Shown one piece after another: positions 23,874 through 36,184 of a stretch of DNA of 64,000 bases. Origin of the DNA: Lytechinus pictus (taxonomy: Eukaryota); the NCBI RefSeq assembly GCF_037042905.1, contig NC_087258.1, positions 19,902,001 to 19,966,000 of the forward strand, read 5' to 3'. Positions within the stretch are counted from its first letter, which is position 1. The number at the start of each line of letters is the position of its first letter. The position numbers and the translations under genes were made by a program. The notes beneath the pieces were generated by a model. It made no database searches. It was not told the origin of the DNA and saw only the letters and a list, made by a program, of their open reading frames with translations.

Positions 23874-26203
23874 GGGCATTTTCACGGTAACTGACATTAC
23901 ACGGCACAATGTTTTCACACCTTTCATTGTGTGTATCTCTAAAACAACAAATGATGAGAGTTTGCTTTTGATAGTGTTAATAAAGTGAACCTTGCTGTAT
24001 ACTCTGATACTAAGTTTTCCTATGTAACCCCTTTTTTTTACGCATCAGCAAGCAAAAATGTGTCGGTAACTGACATTACACAAAAGGACATGCAATTTCA
24101 GGGTGTTCATTAAAATTGAAATATCTCATGTCCCTGAGTAGATAGAGTAATAATTTGAATATGTAAATATACATCCGTTACTAGGTTAAGATGTGTCAAA
24201 ATATTAAAAAATTTGTTTTTGTCTTTTGGGGACTATGATAATTTTTCCACAACCATGCTGGTAACTGACATTACGGTAACTGACATTACACTTAATTTGC
24301 CATAGAGATAACACATGGAAGTCAAATGTGTGGAATCATTGCATTGTATCTTCTGTGCAGGGCTTTACATGAAAGTGAGCTTGATGTGGAAGTATACCCG
24401 AATTTTTAGGAACATTTCAATGAAAATTGTTTTCCTTTTCTTAATTCCTTTCTTTGATTTGAACATTTTTATCATTACTTGTCGGTAACTGACAATACAC
24501 ATTAACATTTACCAGTGCTTTATGATTTTCAAAGGCATAATTTTCTTGGTACTTATATGAGAGGCTTTTTAAAATCATAAAAGTTTCATAATACTTCACA
24601 TTTTTAATTATCAAAAGATAAGAAATGTATGTTTTACTTACTCGGGGGGGGGGGGGGGGGGGTGGGTCATAGCAGCTACATGTTTTCCTATAGTAATTTA
24701 ATATTGCATTGACTGTACACATGGATTTTTCTGACTATACACCCATAATATATTCATCAGTTTTATATTGACTTTTTAAACCTTTTCCTTCTCCAACCTC
24801 CCCCTCCCCTCAAAAAAGGCAAAAATTAATAAGGGTCTCCTCCCCTAGGCTACATGTACAATGTACCCCTCCCCCGAATCTCATGCAGCCATGTAATTTT
24901 ATTGATTTCTATTCTGGTCAGTGCAAGCAATGCTTGTTCATATCATATCAATTCTCTTCATAATTTGTTTAATCATTTTCTTTGCTAATTTCTTTTATAA
25001 GCTGTCAACAAAAAATAAACTCCAGCTTCTAAACTGAAACTGAACTATTTGTAAATTAGAAAAAACACCACAGTTTTAGTAGATCCATGCAACATTGATC
25101 AGAACTGTCAAATTTCACTTTTCATCTATACTTGTAAACCAAAAACAAAATTGTATCACACATCCACACTACTAACAGGTATAAAAACCAGGAATTTACT
25201 TTTAGCGAGGCAATGCTCAAAAGAATCCTAGAAACTAAAAAAGGGACCCTGGAAATCCCCTTCATCACAATGTTAAGTTTTAAAAATGTTGCAGATTTAG
25301 GCAATAGGTTGGGAAAAGTACCCCCTACCCGCCCCCCCCCCCTTCCAGGAAACCAAACAAAAAATTGTCTGATACAAACAATTAGGTACTTGGTAAGTGC
25401 ATGTACAAAACAATTTCATAGTAATTTTTTTTTGCACAATGGGAATGCAACTTCCTTCATAATTTCATATAGTATTCCTTGTGAACTATACCTTTTAAAA
25501 GTCAATAGCAAGCTCCTTCTGGTGTGACTTGACTTAAATAACAAGTATACAATATTTCTTCACCATAAAATTGACCACATATTTGCATTTCAATATTGGT
25601 AACCAACGTTTTATCATGGTAACTGACATTACATCTCGGTAACTGACATTACATTTTCCACTTGGTAACTGACATTACATATATTTAATGGTACCCTATG
25701 GCTTCATTGTTAATTGGTAATCTTTAATTTTGGTGTAGAAGGGAGGGGTGTTACCTAGAGAGGAAATCTACCAAGTTTCATATAATATTTCCTCTTTTCC
25801 AGGAAATGAGAAAAAAAAGTTAATGTTTTCGGTAACTGACATTACATACCATATCACATACTTCATCAATGTTTTTTTTATCAGATGAATGAATTACTAG
25901 TGTTTCTTTCTGTGGGATTTTAAAAAGTGTTATAATAGCAAGCTAAATCACAGGCGAAAACATCATGATCAAACCTGTTCTTTAAAAATCTGTCAAAACA
26001 AAATATGTATCAATATACTATTTTCAACACTAATTTGTATCCATACTTTGGCAGCCATTTTGAAATAAAAAATGGCTGCCAGAGTCGGAAAAAAATTTTG
26101 TCTCAGAAACTTCAGGTCTTGTTTTATTAAAAAACATAAAGCATTTTACATTAATATCAACTTGATTTTTTTGCCTCTGTGTCCATCTGTGGTGAAAATG
26201 CCC
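23874..26203. mobile_element. Sola2-like non-autonomous DNA transposon with repeated GGTAACTGACATTACA motifs
   Basis: TIR GGGCATTTTCAC / GTGAAAATGCCC; 4-bp TSD ACTG (23870-23873, 26204-26207); motif at about 23886, 24065, 24260, 24275, 24484, 25618, 25638, 25664, 25831. Confidence 0.75.
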
Positions 26204-26262
26204 ACTGGTATACAAGCAAAATGTAAACTTAAAAAATAATCTGCTGAAAAAAGGGAAATTAT

Positions 26263-26560
26263 GGGGCATTGTGGTCTAGTGGTTATGACTCTTGCCTTTC
26301 AATCTGAGGGACGTGGGTTCGATTCCTAGTCATGGTGTGTTTTCGTTCAACAAGAAATTCACCCACATTGTGCTGCACTCAACCCAGGTGAAGTGAATGG
26401 GCACCTGGTAGGAAGATTTTCCTTGAATGCTTGAGCGCTTATAGGTAGCCCAGCTATAGCCAGGGTAATAAGAATAGCAGGGCCCGCTGAGGGAAGAATT
26501 TCTGGAACTGAAGTGGCAACCCTGGTTAAATACAAAATAGACCTTTCTTATTATCATTAA
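26263..26560 (+). mobile_element. tRNA-derived SINE (tail type A)
   Basis: A box TGGTCTAGTGG, B box GGTTCGATTCC; core tgtgctgcactcaacccaggtg...aatgggcacc; tail cagggcccgctg...gaactgaagtggc. Confidence 0.85.
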
Positions 26561-26882
26561 TTTAAATATTTGAATTACTTTACACTATACATGTATCATT
26601 GTATGTATTGCGATGATAAATTTATGGCTAGATTAATGATGATTATTCAATGATTGAGTTGAAAATGTCAAAGTGCCCTTTTTCATTTTTTTTCATTTTA
26701 ATATATGGAGATAATGATCTACTCCATAAATATAAAACAGTATTGACTCTGTGATGAAGTCATCATGTCTCCCCTTGTCACTTGTTACAAGGGAGGTATT
26801 TTTATATTGTATATAAAAAAAATTGAGATTTCATGATAAACAGATAAGGAAAGATGGGGATGCAATATCGTCAGTTCATTCT

Positions 26883-27693
26883 TTAGCTCATCCGGCCCGA
26901 AGGGCCGGATGAGCTTATGCCGTGGCGTGGCGTCCGTTGTCCTTCCACAATTTCAAAATGCTTCTTCTTCGCCATTTCTAGTCCGATTTCAATTCTGTTT
27001 GCTTTATATGATAGCACTAGGTGGGGGATTTGAAACTTTTACACAGAATTTTGATACTCATTAAATATGCTAATTTATGCGCATTTTTCAAAATTCACAA
27101 AAAATGCTTTATTTATTGACCGATTTTGAATTTTTTGCTTCCATTTGGTAGAACTTCATGAGGTTCACCAAACTTCTACACAGAATTTTGACATTTTGTC
27201 TAGAAAATTATTTATGGTAATTTATTCATAAATCACAAAGTGTTTTTTCTTCTTCATTTGTTGATCGATTTCAATTTTGTTTGCTTTATATGATAGCTCG
27301 AGGTGGTGATACAATATTTCGACACAGAATTCTGAAACTTATTGAAAAATGCTAATTTATTGATATATTTTCAAAACTCACAAAAAATACTTATTTATAT
27401 GTTGATTGATTTTGATTATTTTTGTTCCATCTGAGAGCTACATGAGGTTTATCAAGGTTCTTCACAGAGTTTAGATATTTTGACTAGAAAATTATTTATG
27501 CTTAATTTATATGAAATTTATTCATAGATCACATAAAATGCTTCAATGTCATTTCTTCATCAATTTCAATTCTATATCCTCAATTTATGTCACCAATATA
27601 ATTCACTACAGTGTCAACTGGGCTGAAATTAAAATTGTATTACATTTTGTAGCAAGATGCCGGATGAGCACCACATCATTGATGTGCTAGTTT
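26883..27693 (+). mobile_element. Helentron-associated non-autonomous element (HINE/DINE-like) with central tandem repeats
   Basis: 5' TTAGCTCATCCGG-CCCGAAGGG-CCGGATGAGC hairpin; 3' subTIR CCGGATGAGC, hairpin CACATCATTGATGTG, CTAG-TTT end; ~285-300-bp internal repeats. Confidence 0.75.
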
Positions 27694-28350
27694 CAAATTT
27701 CAGGGCTTTATCACTTTACTAACATGATTCTTTTGAATGTTCTTCACTGGTTTCTCTCAAGTTATTGAAGTGGACGTGTGCCTTTATTCCCCCCCTTTTG
27801 CTGTTGCAGTAATATTTCATTGATTGAAATGGAAAGGACCATTGACAATCAGTTCAAAACATTGTGTGCTTGCTTTCGATATGTGCCATATTGTAGATAG
27901 AAACTTATCTCCTGTCTTTTAAGAAATCCTATTAAAAGTGGTATTAAAAATGGAAACCCAAATTTCAGGATTTTATTTTTCACGAGAATCATAATAATAA
28001 CACTTACATCTCCAACTTATCGGCACTCTAAAGATGTATTTATCTTGATAACACTTCTAGGACCTTACAGCATTGGGTACTTTTGTTCTAAAAAGAAGTG
28101 CAAAATGGCAAGTGGTTGTCTTTCAATGTGCCCATACATGTAGCTAGGACGTGCTTGGCAGAGGGGGGTGCACCCCCAATACTATTTTATTAGTTTTAAA
28201 GAGGAGACAAAAAAGAAAATGATTAAAAAATAAAAAGAATAAGGAGACCATTTAAAAGAGTTTTGGGGTAGTATGCAACTCTGAAACGCCTGTTATTATT
28301 GTTATTATTATTCAGTTGAGAAAAAAATGATGTGCCCCTTGGGACATATA

Positions 28351-28654
28351 GGCCCGTATTCTGAACTCGGGTCTAAATTAAACCCTGGTTTAAAGTTATG
28401 GTTTAAGTATGGAGAGCCAATTGGGGCACAAATCCTTAACAGTACCCATCCAGGTTATTAACTCATTTGACACTCATATTGTTCATAGTTGTCTGGGAAT
28501 GATAACTGAAGTATTTTTCTTCATTATGAAAGCAAAAGAAAACAAAATAGTAAACATAAGAAATATACAATATAAACAGAATTTTTGAATTTTTGGCTCA
28601 TAATTTTAGCACAGAGACCGTGGTCTAAGTTAAACCCGACTTCAGAATACGGGC
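28351..28654. mobile_element. MITE with GGCCCGTATTCTGAA TIR (PIF/Harbinger-like); decayed relative about 60333-60760
   Basis: ggcccgtattctgaactcggg / cccgacttcagaatacgggc. Confidence 0.65.
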
Positions 28655-29752
28655 AAAAGGGAATGTCACTTTAAAGAAAAAAATAATGGCTAGGGGTGTA
28701 ATCTTCAAAATGGAAATAAACATCAAATAGAAACCAAGAGGTTTTTAATTGGGAGTACACTGTAATTGCCAATTATTTTCTTTCTGCACTTATATTTCTT
28801 TCATTTAGTAGTCAAGTGAATAAACTGCAAATTTAATGGAAATTTCATGTTTTCAGAACAATCAAATGCTTATAAGTTGCACTTTTAAAGAGATGTAATT
28901 ATCTGTATAGCTTTATATTTTTGGTTCAGTAATTTGCTCTGGAAATGAGAAGAAAATTGGGCTTCCCTTTTATATACCCAGTACAAGTCTTTCATGCTGT
29001 GTGTGATACCTTAACTTTCAAAATTCTTTTAAAAAAAGATAAGTTTTATGAAAATGAAAACCAAAATAAACGTATGTAGATGTATATTGGTATATATTTG
29101 TGTTATATTTTTACATTTCTTTAAATGCAGACATGCATTTTTTCAAGCAGCGACCAATGATTATTGTGTGCAAAGCTTCTTTTTTTTTAAAACCAAATTA
29201 TGGTTGTTGACAGTTTTTAAGTGAACAAGATGAAAAAATATATATACATGTATTGAGAGTATATTGCAAAAATGATTAGTGCACTTTGGAATAAAATGAC
29301 AATTGAATTGTCTTTTTTCTCTCTTTTGATGATTTTTCATATTCTTTTTTTTTCTTTTAACACTCAACCCCACCATCTTTACTCCAGCAATATTTTGTAA
29401 TGAAGTGAGAGTATATATGAGTATAACATTGAAATATCATCAAAATGAGGTGTAAATAATTAAAGGTGTGAGAAATCAGTGATTTAAAAAAAAAAGTTTA
29501 GCTTAATTTCACAAAAAAGTTCTATGGAAATCCATGAGTGATATACAAATGAGAGAGTCAATGACACGACACACTCACTATTCCTTTTGAAATATGATTA
29601 AAGATTTGATAATGAAAATTTTTAACTGACCTTGTACGAAAAAACCCAATTTGTAATAGATTTTTACATAATATTTAGAAGATGATATCACATTTCACTC
29701 CATTCCTTTGTCTCTCTTTTTTGCTTAGTTATGAAAATCACTTAGCAGACGC

Positions 29753-31307
29753 CAGCGGCGTAACAGGGGTCGGTGGCCAGGGGGGGCAAGAGCCAAAAAT
29801 TTCCCGGTCATATCATGGAACAGGCAATGGCGTCATAAGGCAAAATTTTTGAGGGGGCGATATGGCATATCGGGCCAATATATATATATATATATATATA
29901 AAAGCGAGCGAGCAAAATTTGTTTACATTTTTATTGCAAAAATCCAATTTTGTGATAGATTTTGACATAATGTTAAAAAGATGATATCATAATTATTTCA
30001 CCCTCCTCTCTTTCCTTTTTTCTCTCTTTTTTGTACGCCACGGTGAACAGGATTTTTGTTATGATTGTGAGCATCAGGGCGAAGCTCTATATGCTCGAGG
30101 GGGCCGAGTATGGCGCTTCTGGCAAGAAGTAGCTTAATATAGGTCCCGAGAGAGCGAAGCGAGCGAGATAAAAAAAATCACCTTTTCATGAGAATCTAAC
30201 ATGAAGATAGATTTTAACGTGATATTCAGAAAAATATAATACACTTTCCTTTCTTTCCTCATTTTTTTTGTTTGGTCGTAGAACTTTTGGGGGCCATGGT
30301 CCAACTCATCCATATAACAGTGCTTTATGGTGGGGTCCAGGGTAGAGCCCCGGAACCTCTTGATATCAAAGCCATAAACCTTGCAGATGGCCACTTATTT
30401 TAATCAAATTGCGTGTATATTTATAAAGCTTTAACACAACACATAAATTCAATGCAGTTGTGTATCGTAATCATCCACATATTGTGAGGGGCACACCATA
30501 GCAAATGTGGGAAAATTTGTAAAAAGTCGCCAGCGAGCGAAGCGAGCCAGAAAAAAAAAGGCCTGTTAAAATGAAATTCTAATTATGTGATAGATTTTTA
30601 CATCATTATAGCAAATATCATGACTTGTCATATATTTTTTTCATTCATCTCATTTCGCTGCCTCCTTTATTTTCTTTTATTTCCCATTGGCTGTGGAACC
30701 ACCCCCCCCCCCCCGGTACGCCAGTGTTTCAACGTAAAGCTTAATGCAGGAAGGGTCCATATAGGGGCCCGTTATAGAACCCATTAAAGGTTACAGATGA
30801 AGAGCCTTTGGAGATTTAGCAAGTTTATGATAGACTTTCATACGACATTATGCTGTATACCATCAATTTTTCTTCCCGCTCGTTATCTCAATCCTCGGCA
30901 GCCGGTAGTGTACGTTATCTTGTCCCTATTCTTTATTTTCCAATTTAGATTTTGGCTAATTCCATTCTGCCTTTATTTCCCGCTTTTCTTTGCCTTTTTG
31001 TCATCTTTAATTTATTTCCCTGTCTTACTAATCATGCTACTGTATTATATCGAGGCGAATTGTTTTTTCTCACTTGTTCTTTTTTCCTTCCTTTTCCCGT
31101 TATCTTTCCGTTTTCCCTTTTTTATGTTTTTTTTGTTTTCTTTTCCCTTTCCCCTTCCCCTTTCCCATTTTTTCTTTTCTTTCCTTTCCCTTTCCCTTTC
31201 TTCCTCCCTTTTTTTTCTTTTTCCCGTTTTTTTATTTATTTTCCCGGTGAGCTCCGCCAGGGGGGCAGCTTGCCCCCCTGCCCCCCCCCCCGCCTGTTAC
31301 GCCACTG
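29753..31307. mobile_element. hAT-like non-autonomous element
   Basis: TIR CAGCGGCGTAACAG / CTGTTACGCCACTG; perfect 8-bp TSD GCAGACGC (29745-29752, 31308-31315). Confidence 0.85.
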
Positions 31308-31476
31308 GCAGACGCTTTCTATGAGGCTGATGATCTTTGTCAGTTGCCCTTCATAACAAAGCAGCCTTTGTCGAAAATCGTTGAATCAAAACTTCTGTGT
31401 CATCCTGGACTCTGGACAAACGACATAAATATTTGCAATTTTTCTTCCGGTCCGAATTTAAAGGCGATGTGCTGTC

Positions 31477-31651
31477 CCGGTGGGTGTTTCATAAAGCTGT
31501 GCGTAAGTGAAGAGCGACTTTAAGAACGACTGGTGATCCTTTCTTGTGGTAAATGTTCATTGGCGGCAATGGTTTAGCGCGTAAGAATGGTTCACCAGTC
31601 GTTCTTAAAGTCGCTCTTAACTTACGAACAGCTTTATGAAACGGTACCTGA
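31477..31651. mobile_element. Palindromic MITE (tttcataaagctg...cagctttatgaaa); relatives 33061-33848 and about 52640-52815
   Basis: Near-perfect internal inverted repeat. Confidence 0.7.
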
Positions 31652-33179
31652 GTCCATCAAATTTTGACAATGACCTCTAATCTGTCCATTGTGATTTTAC
31701 GGGCATTTTCAATAGATTCTCAACGTTCCAAAAAGCGTCTGCGAAGTGGATGCTAAACACGCTACCGACTCGTAAACCCGCACGTATGATTTTCTTTTGC
31801 TCTAATATTCTTACATGTATGTCGTACTTCATCTGATTTTGCTCGTTTTCATTATCTATGATTTAGAAAAAAAAATTAACGAGAAAATGCCTTTAATTTA
31901 GTTCTTTATAAATGTGGATTAAAAAGATAATTTCTTGCATCTTGTGGTCTTATGCTATATCCTTTTCATCAAATCTTTTTTACCCTATTTTTTTCTTTTA
32001 CCACAGATATTTTAAAGACTTGGTTATCCACCTTTTATTACTTAATGCAATCATTCACTCTATTGAGCCTATAACCTCTACGACGTTAAGAATTATTTAT
32101 GATACGTTAGACTTATTTCATGCATGAAAATGGACCCCTAATATACTTTGGTACAATTTCATGAAGAGAAATAAAAGATTGTACGAGGTTGTCAATGCTA
32201 ACTCAAACGTGATCAATAAATCCATGGTCCCATGGTAAATCAAGAGTATTTTATCTTGGCATTTCTCCTCCTCTCCTTTTGATATGATACCCTTTCGAAT
32301 TACCGCTGTGCAATATCCCCCAATTATATTTCATAAATTCTTGATCGGTGCACATCAAGCGAGTGATCCTTACGTCCACCATTATTTTGCCTCAATAGAC
32401 AAATTGAACAAATATTTCTTGCAACTTAAAATGTGTAGCTGCAAATGTGCAAACAGTTCAAGATGGCGATGAATGTGATTTGAAAAAATTCATTGAGTAT
32501 GTTAAGATTTTATGACCGTTAGTAAGTGAATCAATAAATTATCTGCCCGGGGATCTATCATTCAATTTCCACTGGAGTAAAATGTTAAGCATATTGTATT
32601 CGTTTACTATATTTTTTTAATGAAATAAATTTTCTCTGGAATCCCGAAGAGGGCAATGCGATTAGGTTCCAATTTTAGAATAAATATGCCCAAACACCAT
32701 TTTATTAAATTAAAAGTTTCTTCGGGGGAAATTTGGGAACCTGTCATAATGGAGCCACAACGTCACTACAATTCTGAAAGTCCGAGGTGTTAGCACTTTC
32801 TGTGAAAGCAACAAAATTATTGTGTTTTCGTGGCGATGCAATATTGATATGGTGACAAAAGGATACGAAACAATTTTTGTTAGCTTTTCTCATTGGTTTT
32901 ACTAGAATGGATCCCCACCCAGTACGATTCTATCATTGCCAGACATCTCAGCCCCCCAAAAAAGAGAGAGAGAGAGAAAAGGGTAGAAAAGATAATTTTT
33001 ACAAAAAAAGAGTGATCGTCATTCAACACCATTTGCAATTTTGTCGTCCGTTCTGAATCTTAAAGCTGTTCGTAAAGTTACGCACAACTGGAACCTGTTC
33101 TTGGTGCTAAATCAGATACATAGAGCATATAGATATTATGTAATTAGTATACATCTCTATGACATAGAGATATCATTAA

Positions 33180-33765
33180 AGGAGAATGAAACTCTTGGAG
33201 CAAGTAAACTTTTGTGAAAGCAGAAAAATCAAAGAATAAGATCAACAAAAGTTTGAGTAAAATAGGACTAGCAATAGAAGAGTTATGAGCATTTGAATGT
33301 CGAGATCACTAATGCTATGGAGATCCTCCCATCGGCAATGCGACCAAGATCTATGATGTCACAGATGAACAACTCTCCCCTTTTGGACACTGAAAATATA
33401 CCCCAAAACATCTCTTTTTGCTCATTCTAATCATATGACAAACGATTCATCAATGATATAATGTTGTGAAACCTCTGTACTTGTCCTCTCATATAAAGAG
33501 AACACCTCACCTTGTGATAGACTCTATAAAAGTGAGAATATAAGTGAAATAAGTACTAAAGTAATGAGGGAGTTGTACGTGTGTGACATCACAGATCTTG
33601 GTCGCATTGCCAATGGGAAGATCTACATGGCATTAGTGATCTCAATATTCAAATGCTCATAACTTTCTTATTATTCATTCAATCTTCCTCAAACTTTCAA
33701 CAATATATTTCTTTGATTTTTCTCTTTGATATGGATTCAGCTGGTTTCAAGGGTTTTATTCTCCT
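33180..33765 (+). mobile_element. TTAA-site MITE with AGGAGAAT termini (Kolobok-like), copy 1
   Basis: TTAA 33176-33179 and 33766-33769; near-identical inverted copy at 43432-44015. Confidence 0.85.
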
Positions 33766-35092
33766 TTAAGAACAAGAAATGGTCACCATCATCTAGTCGT
33801 GCGTAAAGTCATTGGTAACTTATGAACAGCTTTATGAAACGGGCCCCGCGGTCCACTAACTTTCGACAAAGCCTTCTATTTTGTCCATCGTGATTTGACG
33901 GGCATTTCATTTCTCACGACGTTCCAAAAGCATCTGCCATGCAAGTGGATGCTAAAATACACTCTCTTGCCATTTATGTATATATATTTTTTTATTTATA
34001 TTTAATCATATATTCATATTCCACAAATTCTCAAAGCACATTTCATAATAAATCATTTACAGTAGAATATACAACATCTGCATTATGCAGTAATTTAAAA
34101 AATGAAAAAAAGGTGGAGGGGTCTACTAAAAGCAAGGCTTGTAAGATGTAGACCCCCTATCGAAATTATATAAGGGTAATATATAATATGAATATAGTAA
34201 AATAATCAGCAAAATTCTATAAATTAATATAGATGTAACACGAATGTATACACACTATATACAAAATTAACTTTGAAATATTCAACGCTACCGTGGATAG
34301 GATTAAATCAGTATGAATTCAGAAGAAATTATTTGATGAGTAATTTAAATCGATAGTAGATGCCTCTTTTGTTCTACGCCAGAATTAGGCCTAGTGTAAT
34401 GTTCAATAAGAACCGTTTCCCATTCGAATGTTTAAAGGGGAAGTTCTCCCTGACGATAAATTTGTTGTAAAAACATTATAAAAAAACCCCCAAACAAATG
34501 TATTGGTGAAGGTTTGAGGAAAATCCGTCAACGATTAAGAAAGTTATTGGAATTTTAAATTTTTGACTCGTGACGTCATAAACGAGCTGCTGCCCCATAA
34601 TAATATACGTTAAAATGCATGAATATAAATATTTTCAATAGTTCATGACTAAAATTCATTTATTTATTTTTTTGCATCCAGGAGCGGATGTGAAATGATT
34701 TGCCTTTTGATACACTGAAGGTACAATAAAATTAATGTACAATATTTTTAGAAACTGGCATTTAATTGATTTTTTTAAGCGCTCGCATATCGTCACAAAT
34801 AAAAAAAAAAATCTAATAACTTTTTAAATCTTTGATGGGCTTCCCACGAGCCTTCATCAATGTTTTAAATTTTTTTTTTCTATCTTTACAATAACTGTTT
34901 GTCAGGATGAACTTTACACCCAATTGCAAGAAAGTACATATATATATTGCCGCTGAAAAACTCCTCTACTTTTCGAATTCCAAATCAAGTGCAATTAATG
35001 TCAAAATTTCAGTTTCATAAATGATAAAAGTACGAAAATTCTAAGTTTTAAGATAAGCCGGAGAAACAAAAAACAAATTTTCAACTTCAATT

Positions 35093-35810
35093 AAAAGCTC
35101 AAACCGTTTTATATATAATTGTTTAAAAAATATAAAAATTTACGCAAATGTTGCCCATCTCAATTGTGCTTCAAACCTAGTGCGTGGCTCCACTTCATTT
35201 TTCGAATTCCGTACTATAAGTACACTTATATAGTCCAAATCTCAGTTCCACATTTACTACATATAAATAGAAATTAAAAAATGTCAAAGTGTAAACATAA
35301 CTCTAGATAAAATGAAAACAAACTTTTTTCAACTTCAATTCAAACCCACTGAAAACCTTTTTATAATAAAAAAAAATATATGATAATAAAAAGAATACGC
35401 GAATTTTCAAAGAACTTTTCTCAAAAAGCTCAAACCGTTTAATAATCGTTAAAAAAATTTACGCAAAGGTTGCCCATCTCAATTGTGCTTTTAAAGTGCG
35501 TGGCTCCACTTCATTTTTCGAATTCCGTATTAAGTGCTCTTATTGTCCAAATCTCATTTCCACATTTACTACTTATAAATGCAAATTTAAAAAAATGTCA
35601 AAGTGTAAATAAACTCTAGATGAAAGGAACCAAACAAAAACAAACTTTTTTTCAACTTCAATATTGAAGTTGAAAAAAAGTTTGTTTTTATATTAAAAAC
35701 CTGAAAACCTTTTTCATGTTTTTATAATCATTTTAAAATATATAAAATAATTTTAAAATGATAATAATAATTTTCAAAGAAATTTTCTCAAACTGCGTGG
35801 CTCCACTCAT
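35093..35810 (+). repeat. Tandem direct repeat, ~331-bp period, 2+ copies, upstream of CFAP107
   Basis: aaaagctcaaaccgtttt at 35093 and 35424; gcgtggctccact three times. Confidence 0.8.
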
Positions 35811-36184
35811 ATGTAAGTCCTATTACCCCCCCCCCCCCCCTCCTCCCTTCTCTTCCACTTCCCTGGCCACGACCTCGCTCCAATCATGGACCTATAGGTC
35901 CATGCTCCAATCAAGTTAAGTTTGGGACTTCCTTGTTCCGCCCCCCGGCCCGACGTGGAGTTTTCCTTGACGACAACACGTCAACAATACAGGTGGTATC
36001 CATATCGCCCCGGCCCCGTACACACAAACAATACACGTGTGTTTACGTGGTAAGATCGCGGCGCCTTTTGCAGCTACGGTATCATCACAATTAAAAAGTG
36101 CACACACGATTCGACTCGACTGGGAATCGCGGCGAAGGAAGGATCCCCATTTTTAACAACCCCAACACAAACAACTTTTATGAT

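Noticed and set aside
23886-25846. GGTAACTGACATTACA repeats as a CRISPR array
   Set aside because: Repeat is only 16 bp, spacing is irregular (0 to >1000 bp), context is eukaryotic, there are no cas genes, and the repeats lie inside a TIR/TSD-bounded element
26263-26335. tRNA genes (also at 57855 and 58338)
   Set aside because: A and B boxes run into SINE core and tail; no complete cloverleaf or terminator
30797-31356. Phe-rich membrane-protein-like ORFs (also 9199-9588 and 17760-18111)
   Set aside because: Low-complexity pyrimidine tracts or microsatellites inside repeats
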